From contig OZ281494.1 in the NCBI GenBank assembly GCA_965637545.1, positions 14,818,001-14,882,000 of the forward strand: DNA of 64,000 bases, written 5' to 3'. Both the position numbers and the translations under genes were made by a program. The number at the start of each line of letters is the position of its first letter. Position 1 is the first letter of the stretch. Positions 23,701 through 35,700 of the stretch are shown in pieces. The DNA is from Phallusia mammillata. Taxonomy: Eukaryota. The notes under the pieces are model-generated. The model did no database searches and was not told where the DNA came from. It was given only the letters and a program-made list of their open reading frames with translations.

Positions 23701-26700
23701 TTAGCATACATAAATCAAATATGCACACATTATGTTTGCTGTCATAATCGTTAATTCTTCATACAACAACATAATCAGTAATAAGCGCAGTTACGTAAAG
23801 TCATATGTATATATACAGAGTATAGAAACATGAGTTGCTAAAAACACTTGTGATTTGCCTTGGGGCTTTGCACTGACTTTTTGTTTCCTGCAAATTTTCA
23901 GACGCGTCCAGTTTGCGGTGGTTTGAACGTCTGGGTTTTAATGTTTTACGCAAGATAAGCATGTTTGTGAAACTTTACGCCTTCACACGCTAGCTTGGCA
24001 TTTCGAAAATGTTGTTTACGAGTGAAATATCGCACACAGTGCAATACATGAAATAACATGATTTGTTTATTAGTAAGTTCACAAACAAAAACGCAGGAAT
24101 TTTTTTCGTTGAGGTTAAACAAGTTTTGTGAGGTTTTAAAGTGGAAGAACATGAAATTTGCACAGTGATAGAATTTAATTCAAATGTAAAACGAAAATGT
24201 TCTACTAAGCGTGCGCAACACGAATGTAGTATGATTTTAAATTGTACACAAAAGGTTCTAAAATCCTTGCAGTACTATCCACATATAGTTAACAAATATC
24301 GCGACTATTATTCGGTTACTTTACCACAGTGCTTAACTAACTTATGTGTCAGTTTTTGTACAGCAAAACGTTAGTACTGCATGTTGCAAATCAATGAGGT
24401 AAAATAAGTTCAAAAACATTTATTCAATGCGTAAACTTACTGGCTTCTAGGATAGTAAGTGAGGTAGTGGACGATCCTGCATCATTAGTTCCTGTGCAGG
24501 TGTAAACTCCAGCATCGGTAAGAGGGTCAAAGCCAGTGACTTGCATTAGTCCACCAGCAGTTAACACTGATGATGCAACACCGTCGTCCTAAAACAAAAT
24601 AAAGATTTTGAAAATAGGGCGATTGGACATTTTGAAATCAATATACTGTTCGAGACAGAACTTTTTTAGATTGTAAATTATACACAAGGAGCGAACTACT
24701 GAAGCCAAGGAAAAAAGTTGACAAAACGAAGTGCGAATCAAGAGAGAAAACAAGTCTAACCTTTTTCCAACTGAACGCAACAGGGGGTGTCCCCGATATA
24801 GCTGAACACGTGATATTTGTAGATTGTCCCGGTGCAAGAGAGACGATAGCTGAGGGTTTGACCGCAAGGGAAGGAGGAACTGGGTTAAATGTAATAACTA
24901 ACGTTAAAATGTGGATATTTAAATGAAGTTAGGAAATATATGTGTAAAAATATAATTAGGGGGTTCGCGTTCATAGGAATGCGCCGGTAAAACGGTTTGA
25001 ATTTGAACAAGAACTCTAAAAAAGTGATCATAAGTGTTTTGAATAAATTGCCGACATAAGAAAAATGTATTTATGACCAATGTGTACTATGATGTAAAGT
25101 TGTAAGTGGACAAGCCTCAAACACTATACCCGAAACCGAATTTGCTTTAAAATAAAGCCGGATTAGGCCAAAAATTGATTAAATACTGCCGAGTATAAAA
25201 TCAATCCTGTATCAAACGGGTTTTATTCAAACTTTAGCCCGACCAACAACTTTGCTATGATGAGATCATTACATTTTCAAATGGAACCGTGTATAGGAAA
25301 ACCTGTAATATATACGTACATTGTAATTCAACGTCGACAGACTTGTCGTCCATCCCTAATTCGTTGGCAGCTTTGCAAACATATTTTCCCGCGTCTTCTG
25401 TCATAAACTGAGGAATGTAAAGGATTCCTTCACTTTGGCGGCTTCCTGGAAAATTAAAAAAAAAACGTTAAATACAACATCATCTGTAGGTCAACATTTT
25501 GCTTTTTTATTTGCAACAATCCAAGCAACAAACCACGTAAACTTTCAGCCAAAGTTGATCATCATTGAAAACAACATGGTGTAAACATAAAACGTTACAT
25601 TTCCTTTTGCAACGTTAAAGTAAACCACATTTTACCTGCTGGAAGGTCTTGGTTTTCTTTAGACCACACAATAGTAGGCGCTGGCGTTCCTGAAGCGACA
25701 CATCGAAGTTGGACTTCGGTTCCCACGGTCACGTGCTTCAGGGAAGTCCCCACCGTCACTATAGGAGCTTCGTAACCGGACGTTGGGTGAACTGAATGGT
25801 GAAAAATACTAACTCAGTTTCAAGCATGTTTGGCGCGTCAGGTAAGTTTGCCAGCTTAATGTTTTTGTGGGCGTGTGTACAACGGTAGCAGACGCACAGC
25901 GGTGCAAATTATGCCGCTATAGCGCGCGCCTAGCTGCTGCTTTCAGGCACTTGTGTGACATGCAAGCCGTGGAATTACCGCCGAGCATGCAAAAACAACA
26001 ATTAAACACATCAAACCTACGACTTATACAAATAGGCACATGAAAGGGACCCTGTGGAACTCCAAAAACGTTAAAGTACGGCACAAATTGGATTTTGTAT
26101 GTTTTAAGGGACAAAAGTCTGGTTCCCACCCATAACGCGAACTTCCATATGTGATCGGCCGGCGTTATTGATCGCCATACACATGTATTGTCCGGCGTCG
26201 TGCATTGTGGCCCGGTTAATCTGCAAAGTGCTGGATGCCTGTCGGTACCGCGTCATCGTCCGCGTGTGCCCTGCGAACCAATCACAGTGTAAGTTTGTTG
26301 ATCACGTGACACTTACAGTTCAAATCAAAACAAACCGCCTTCAGTGGCACTGAGTTTCTTCCAGGTGACAGATGGACGGGAATTGCCTTCCGCCATACAT
26401 CTTAATGCGACTGATTCGCCGTCGCGTAAAGTGATGATCCTGGCAGGCAGAACTTTGATAACTGGCTTTTCTGCAACGCAAAAGTATATGTATAATTTAA
26501 TGTACTTTAGGAGAGCCAAGAAGGACACGCGTTAACACTGCCCGTTCCTGTTTTGTCTGTCCTCTGTAGTTTTTGCACAATGTGACAGAAATGATGCATT
26601 AAACGGGTAAATCTAATTCGAGTCTATAGTCACGCTTGCTCTACTGCAATTTAGCAGGGACATTAATTTCAAAAGCATTGTAATAAAAGAACTATATCAG

Positions 26701-29700
26701 AGATTAAAATGGTTCGCTATTCCACGTTTTCAACTTTTCGTACACATTGCGGTATCAAACAGTTATTTTTCCAATTCTACTTTCAGTAGCCGCAAACCCT
26801 TTAAGTCAAAGTAAGTACTCAAAATATAACAAAACAAAAAGCACATACTGACAGAACTTGACTTACGCAGAACTTCCATATAGACGAGGACCTCTCGGTG
26901 GCCGACAACATTACTTGCAATGCAGGAGTAGTAACCGGATTCGCGGAGGGACACGTTTTGAAAGCGGATGATGCGATTATCACCCGACAGTGACGTTTGA
27001 CCTGCGAGGTTAAAAAGAGATTTGGTTAATCTCCAGAGTGACTGTACAATTGAGTCTAAGTAAACTGTTTGTGGCGTTGTATTATTTGACAGAAAAACAG
27101 CTGATTTTAATAAAAGCTCATCTAATAGCTATAGAATATACGGTCACTTACATACACTAACCGTCTATTTATTTATTTTCTTTTGGCTGCACTTATAGTT
27201 CATGTATATATAAAACAAACGGGCGTAAGCGAGAGAGAGCGAGAGACAGAGAGAGAAAGAGAGAGTGAGAGAGACGTTTTTCTTAGTTAAATGGGGTCAA
27301 AAGTTCCGTACACAACCCTAAACTCCTGTTTCTCATGTTTATGACTTAAAATAGACTTGGACCAGCTTTTTACACGTTGTGGTCGTTAGACAACACGACT
27401 TCTTAAGGTCATGAGTTGTATGTTTGCTTCTGACTCATTCACACTTTAAACGCACCTGTGAAGGGTCGCTGGTTGGAACGCAGCCATGTCACATCGGCAT
27501 CTGACTCGTTAGTCTGACAATTAAACTCCACATTATCTCCCACTTGCACCCGTTGCGTTCGAGCTGGTACGACCGTAACCTAAAAACACGACATACCAAT
27601 GAATTTCTATTTTTTACATGAACTTGGCGATTGTTCTTTTTGCCGAGTATTTGAGCATCCCTTTTGATAAGGTACACTGTGTATCAGCAAATTCGCCACT
27701 CAAAGAGGAAAAAATGGTAAGATGATGGTTGTGTTGTATTTAGGACTTTTAAACTTTTCGTTATCATTGTATAAGTTTCAGGAAATTTGGGTTGCCTTTC
27801 TAAAAAAGGCAGTGCACTGTAATAAGTATTCCGGGCAAGCGTAATTTAATGATTTAGGCTACATTCTTTAGCACAGTATTGAAAAGGAAATGATGTACTT
27901 ACGTGTGGAAGATCTTTTTTCACGACGTTCAGTGTCATGCGACTTTTAGTAACTCCACCAGCACTGGTTGCTACGCACACATAACGACCAGCATTTGAAT
28001 CCTGGACTTCTATGACTTGCAGTTTGTTGTCTTTTACCTAAAACATTTTTTTATAATTTTATTTTATGTTTTCGACTTTTTGAGGTCATAAATTGATTTC
28101 GTATGTAACAATTAAATTCTTATTTTTTGAGGCTTTTCTGTTCTTTAGAAATAAATTCATTGTTTTTCGCGGCCAAATGCGACTAAAGATATCAAGTTAA
28201 TTGCTTTTCAAAAGCATATGATGATAAAATTGTTAGTACTACATACTGTTTTGGGGGAATATAATAAGCAATTAAAAGTCGAAAAAAGCCAAATCTCATA
28301 CCACGATGTTTTCGTCCAACGGCAGTCCATCCTCGCGTTCCCACGTCATCGTTGGCATGGGAGTTCCCCCGATGTAGCAAGTCGTGGTGCTGTTTGTTCC
28401 CACATATGCCGTCACTTCCTGTGGTTCAGTGCGACAAATCGGCTTTTCAGCAGGAACTGAAATCACGAAAGACGATTTATAATTTTTTTTGAATTGCTTG
28501 TCAATTGTTTTTGAGTTATTGTTGGAACATGGTGATTAGTAAATTTACGCATAATTCCTCTGTACATTGTTCAAGTTTGCCTTTGGTTTATATGGGCCAT
28601 CTTGAAAATTTTGTTTTCCCATTTGGTGAAAAAATTCTAACCTTGCGGAAGAACGTCGACTCGGACAAAACCGGAATCTTGTCCAAAGGTGTTGTGTGCC
28701 GTGCATTGGTAAACACCTTCGTTGTTCGTGACTGCGGACTCAATTCGCAGAATTCCACCTTCTTCAAATGACTGTAAACAACACATCACAAATCGTTAAA
28801 ACACTAAAGTCCATGCTAGCCTCACAGTCTTCTGGTATACTTACGTTTGGTGGAAGAAGGCGTCCCCGCTTCACCCATGAGAAAGTAGGTGCAGGTTCAC
28901 CAGTGGCTGTGCAACGCAAAGCAACACTTTCTCCGATGATAACAGATACTTCTGGCGTAACCACAGTAACAACAGGAGGGACTCCGTCTAAAAGTAAATA
29001 TATTTCGTAAAGGCGACTGATTTTGAAGTTTTGTTTGCTACCCTTATTATACAATTCATGTTTATTAAAACGAAAAAAGACTAGTGTATTGTGGAAAACA
29101 TTACGTTTTCAAAACACATTATTGAATACGTGTGACTATATGTACATCTACACAACACTCTTTGGTAAAATGGAATGTCAAGTTATATTATCGCACATTG
29201 TCTAACTTACCAAAGACCTCAAGGGCACCAGTAGCTTCAGCAGTTCCGTGCTGGTTTGATGCCCGACATCTGTAAAGCGCTCGGTCGTGCATAGATGCTG
29301 ACGGAATCATGAGCATCTGACCGCTCACATGGACATTGTTGGACATGGGGTTACCATCAACTGAAAATAAAAACAAACGGATTAAGCTGTTGTCGCAGAC
29401 AGGGCCTTAAACGTTTTTAGGTAAGGTTGTGTTTTTTTCAAATGATAAAACATTTTAGTTCTAACCATTTTAGTTTCGACCTATAAGGTCTCATCAGTGC
29501 AGCTGGTGACGAGAGATCGGCCGCATTTTACATTGATACTGTGACACTGAGCCGACTTCACTGTGGTTCCCAAGCAGTTGCTTGGCCACTGTGAGCCAGT
29601 TTCATTTGTGCTGTATGCCCAGTTGTGGCATCGCACAGACTGGGTGATGTATGGGGTTGTACCCTGTTGCTCACCACAAACTGGAGTGCCGTTTGATGGC

Positions 29701-32700
29701 TACACTAGCCAATGCGGCCGATCTCTCGTCACCAGCTGCACTGATGAGACCTTATAGGTCGAAACAGTGTGCACTGTCTGCAGCTTATCATTTATTGGCT
29801 CATATGCTTTTACATTTTAGTTCTGTTTAGAAAAAGATTTAAAACGGGAAAATAGTTATTAGCAACATTAACATTTCTGCACCTAACTTAATAACCACGA
29901 CTTACCTCGTTGCCATTCGACTTCGGGATCTGGATAGCCTTCAGCATTGCAGTAAAAAATCACGTCATCGCCCTTCATGACGCTCTGATTGTTGGGGGTG
30001 ACCACTACCACTGGGGTGGCTGCGTCATCCACTGCACCCAAGTAAAGGTAATGTTAAAGAATGGTCCAGAAAAAAGGTAAGAAACACACAGAACAAGATT
30101 TAAGACTTACCCACATGCATCTGTACCGAAAGGTAACAAGGAACGAAACAAGAAAGTCGCGTGGAAAAGCTAAGAGACCGCGTCTCCCGTATACGACCTG
30201 TGTGTCTTTGAAACTGACTACAACTGATGCTGATTGAAACCGCGTTTGGACACAAGCGGCCATAATGGTTTATTGCGTACCACAATTCGGGTTAGGTTAG
30301 ACAAGAATACGAATAAGCATATGGATTGTTGCAATGGTACACAGAATTGGCTCTAAAATACTGCACGGTCATTCGGTTCAAACGTTTTTGTTGTTTTTTG
30401 CACGGTAAAGTATTGGGAAATGTACGTAAGGCAGCATAAGCAAGCTAGCTTCAACGCGCTCAGTTGACGGTTAAAGCGATTTTGCAGCATTAAAATGCAA
30501 ACAAGTAAACAGCCACGTTTTGGAAATATTTCTTGCACCAAATCTCAGGGATGTAATGTCTCAGAGTGAGTAGGGGTAGCTTTACAAGAGTCAGCCAGTT
30601 CTTAGTAGCTCAGGAGAATTAGGGTGGCGCGCTGGTTTATTGGTTAAAGCTTATAAAGTTGCAATGCCAATGCCACCATACGAGCGAAATGTGCTATGCA
30701 AGAGATGCAAAATATGAAATACATCCAAATCTGTCCAAAGACTTGGTATTAAGTTTTTTTAAGCAAAAAATAGGTCTAGGTCCAAATAAACGCTATGAAC
30801 CATTCTTGTCATCGTATGAAAATGCCCGGAGATAAAACATGTAGCACAATTTTTGTGTATTATTCTATATTGTGCATCTAGAAACTGCAAGGTAGTGTCT
30901 TAATTCTTCACTCACCTTGCCGGGTTAGATGAGGGGGCACCTCTGGTTAGCCGGAATTACACACACTCAAAGTCACAAATTACATTTTCGGTTAAGATTG
31001 TTGCCCAAAAAATGACAGCAGCAGCTTCGTCGCCACTACAGCTAGTTTTTGCTTGTGATTGCAGTAAAAAGTAAAATTGAAAGCAGCTCTGATTGCGCCA
31101 AAGCATAATTATATGGCTCTGTTTCAGTCGCTGCGGTTAGAAATTGCTTGGTCCGCATGTTGTGGGTTTTGCGTTCGCTTAGCTTGTCCACGGATCGCGC
31201 CGAGGCATGCACAGCAAGCGATTAGTCACAAAATCAGTGGCATTTCTTGGCTGACCTTTTTATTCAAGGTAAAATGTTTGGATACATGTTTGACACTTGC
31301 ATCTTTTGGTATCCAAATTTTTGGCCTAAATTTACTCACCTTGAATCCGATACAGCCCAAAAACATGCCAACCGTTGTAAGCTAACATGCATCAAACACA
31401 AACTACATAAGCATGCGGCAGGCGCAAGCAAGCACATGTGTAAGGTCATGCAAACACTCTATACATAAGATATGCTGCATAAAAAAGACATGAAAAGAAA
31501 ATGGTAAACTATATGCTGCATGGTACACAATACGCTAAGAAAAAGTGGTAGTATAATAAAACAAGGGCAGTTTTAACATTTTTAGCAGAGAATCAGTGTG
31601 CTATCGTTTAAGCCTTTTAATGCCTAAATGAAATTTGAATGCTGCTTGTTATACTGCAGCCAAAAAAGGTATGATGAGGGGTTGCACTTAATCATGTAAA
31701 AACAAATACTGACAACATTTACAGGACTCGTGCACTTAGGATCTTGTCTTGGGGACTTTGACGTGGTGAAAATTAAACACACATTTGGAAAGACAAAAGA
31801 CAAACAAACGATCATTCACACGAAACAAAAACCAACGTGCGCAGAGCATCAGCATTCAAAGGTAAACAGGTGTTCAAGATTCTCAATTCACTACAATCCC
31901 AGCAGAAGACTAACCTTGGATCACGCGAAGGGTGGCTGACTCCTGTGCTATTCCGTACATGCTCGAACCAGTACACATGTACGTGCCAGAGTCCGAGAGG
32001 TCCACGTTTGTGATGTGAAGGATTCCGTCAAAGTCAGTGGCACGATTTAGTGGCAGGCGACCGCCGCGTTTTGTCCAAGTGACGATAAAGGCCTCTGGCA
32101 CCTGTCAAGTTTGGATTGTCAAATATCGCTTATATCTAGCCACAGTCTTTTTTAAATTTATTTGAGTCCGGGCATTTTTCTCGTTGACGTTTAGTGAATT
32201 TTTATTTGAGATGCGTAATGGCTTGATATATAACTAACCTTGCTGGCGGCTGTACAAACGAACGAGACTTCAGACCCGACTTGCACTGTCACTTGACGCG
32301 GTTCTTCGACGTGGACGGCGATCATTGGTTGTGGTCCTGTGAAAAATAGTCGCGTCGAGAAATATTTTTAATTTAAAATACAAAATAGGTTAGCTGATCA
32401 TCTTTCTTCGGAACCCAGCAAGCTTTAAAAGTCGCTATTTCTGCATCAGTCTCAGTATTTTAAAATCAAGTTTAAAAAAACATAGCGACATTAAAATTGT
32501 ATAACTCTTTTGACACATATGCATCTTGCAATATAGCATTTTTGAACAGTAACTTTAAAGTAGTGCGAATATCGTTGACAATTAGTTAGTTACCATACTT
32601 ACTTGCTAGGGTTACAACAGCGCTATCACTTGCGCTTCCATATCTGTTGGCCACCACACATTCGAATGTTCCAACAGATGACCTGCCCACGTTAGGTAGG

Positions 32701-35700
32701 GTCAGTGTTTGACCGTTGTTGTTGACCAGTGTGTTGGACGGCAAACCTTGACCAGACCTCTCCCAGGTTATCCGAACTCTTGACCTCGACACAACAGCGC
32801 ACCTGTAAATAAACGACGTGTAAATGAATTACACACACAGTGTATATGAGAGAGATTAGCAGCTTATATGAACCGGTACGTTCATTAAACCAGCGGTTTG
32901 CAACCTGCGACCGCGGCCCATTCATTTAAGGTTTTGCGGCCCGCGGAGACGTTTGAATTGTTCATTGAGAAGTGGTCTGCTCAACTTTTATAGTTCAGTG
33001 CTAGCGAGCAATACAGTGCGACCAGTGCCCTTTTTCTGCAACCTAATAATGTGACTAGAATCACTTGCAAATTTTACTGGTTGTTGTTAACTCAATACAT
33101 GCGTATTTAGTACACAACAAAGCAATGACAACTTTATATTAATATTGAGATGCTGCTCGCTTCAATTCATATTGATTAAAATTGGCATACCAGTGATAAC
33201 GGTTGCACAACCCTGCCTTAAACCATAAGAAAGTTATTTCTTCTATTTTGAACCGCAAATTAAACATATTTTTGGAGAGGGACACGTCCGCCCCTGACAG
33301 GTTGAAAACCCATTTTTTGCGTTTAGAAAACCCTTTTTATGTTTTCCGGAGAGTGCTTGGGTAACATCGGCAAATAATCTCTAAAACCGCTTTACCACAC
33401 ATACCTCAGTGTAACTGTTTGTCCAGGGTTGGCGTTGACGTGCTTGGGTGAAACTGAAACCCTAGGCAGATCCGGGGAATCTGACACATGGTTTTCTGCA
33501 CAAAACAATAAACAAAATGCACACATTTTCGACAAACAAAAATGCTGATTAATTAAAACAACTGTGACTCACCGTCTATTCTTACACAGCTTCCGTCAAC
33601 AGGGTCGGTTGGATTTCCAACGTATCCAGTGGCACAGCTCTCACATCGATCCCCAGTATAACCTTCCTGGCAAGCTGTGCAGGTCAGTGTGTTGCTTGTG
33701 GTGTCGTAATCACAGGTGTCCGAGAAACTGAACACAATGCATTAAACGTCACATTTTAGAAAAGGTAAAAAGTAAAAACAAAATTATCTATTGCAAACAT
33801 TCTCTCTCTGTACCTTTATTTATTTGTTACGGGGTTCAAAACCCAGGACGTTTCCGAGTACGAATCCCGAGATTAGTTTTATTTTTTCAGTATGGATGGG
33901 CTATGTGCCACTTGACCAAGTCCCTGCCCTTGATTTAATGTCAGTCAATCGTCGGGACAAACAGAAGTAATACGTCAAAATGATAACATAGTGGAATTTT
34001 TATCCCTAAACACAGGTTTGAGCTCGGGAAGTCCACAAGGGTAACCGAAAGGACTATTGAGGCTGAGTAAATCAGTACGAGCCTCGACTTGCCTACAAAT
34101 AGGTCTACACCTGTTAATCTGCAAATCGGATTTTTCTCGCCGGCTTCCATTTATGCAGTCAACCAGTTCTCATACCAATTATGTATTTTCCGGAAACAAA
34201 CTATTATTTCTATAATTTAATAATTTTCGCATCTTTAGACTCCCCCCATGGTTAAGAACCCTGGTACTTCAATGGAGGGCCCAAATCACAACCAAAACAC
34301 AGATGAGAGTAATCTTGCAAGAAGTTAACTTTTTTTACCTGTTTTTGCCGATACCCGGACAAGCACATGGCCTACAGCCGTTTTCAACATTTGGGTTGCC
34401 AAAGTATCCGGGTGCACAATTTTCACAGTGAGCACCAGCTCTGTTGTTTCGACAGTTCTGAGCCAAAAATATGTCAAAAGAAATGTTAGAAATGCCAGGT
34501 TGTGAGATTGAGACTTGTTTAAAGCGTAAACAAAGTGCATCTGGCATCTGTCAGCTTCACAACCGCTAAATGAGACAGACGATCCTGCGTAAATGACCCA
34601 GAAAGGCGAGAATGCCCCTTAATAATAGAGTATGTGCGTATTTCCATTTTGACTGAAACAAATCGTATTTTGAGAAAAATAAAAACACGAAAAAAACACT
34701 AAAATAAAATGTTTAATTGATATAAGCGAGATTTAGCGGTCAACTATAGTCAAACGAAATCTTGTGAAAACCACATTTTGCTTCAAAAAAATATAAACAT
34801 TTAACAGTTTGTTTATTTCAACACCCACCAAACATTCGCCTGTTTCGGTGTCACACAGCTCAGCATGGCCGTTGCACTGACAAGCTGTGCATAAACCGAG
34901 ATATATTCCACCACCTGATCTTGTGTAGCCGGGAGCGCAATCCTGCGTACAACAACATAGTGGTTAAGTCGACACTTTCTACAAGTCAACAACAACCTGT
35001 GTCGTGAATCACACTCTGTTAAAAATTTACAAACGGTGAAAAAATGTATACTATATATTCTGTGCAAGTTTTGTGTATACCGGTTGATCCTGTTTGGCTT
35101 AACACGTTGACTGCCGACTACGAGTTATCTCGTAGTTGCCGATCTAGCCAGGCTTGCCAGATACGAGTATACTCGTAGTAGACTTATTTGATTGTAACGC
35201 GCTTAAAACGAGCTGGCGTCTCGAACTAACGTCGTGGATGCGTTGTGGCAACACCGAGACACCCTACACCAGTATGTTACCTACGAGTTAACTCGTAACA
35301 TGGCACAAAATATTTCGACTTTATGATTTCAGAAAGCCACTAAAACATATTTGGCAAATTTAAGCACAACATAGGAATATGCCTTGGCAGTCAACGTGTT
35401 AAGTTTTTTTTACACTGGGTTTTCGATAATGTTGGTGTAGAGAACAGTAATTACCGGAAAACTGCGAGTGTATGGCATGATTTCACTTTACAATATACTT
35501 GAGTTTCTGCCAGTTCACGTTTTGTGTTATTTAGAGTAACAGATTGCGGCCAAATTGAACCTATACATACCTCACACGAAAGACCTTCGTAGCCGTCGGG
35601 ACAAACACAGTGTTCGACTTCCAATGCAGGCTCGCTCATAATAGCACTCTCGCTCGCCGTTTCCATGGTAACTTGGGAGATCGTGGTACGGAGGGTAGTG

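Larger units (their letters stand above)
20284..33497 (-). other. Perlecan domain IV (12 I-set Ig repeats, each split by an intron)
   Basis: Twelve C...W / G-x-Y-x-C half-domain pairs traced by hand. Confidence 0.85.

Noticed and set aside
29473-29527. Minus-strand hammerhead copy as an active ribozyme
   Set aside because: Truncated after GAAAC; no stem III partner or NUH site found
31474-31540. 1-nt exon (TTAG/C/GTATTG) and a 33-nt exon near 31760
   Set aside because: Implausible size or weak splice sites; insufficient support
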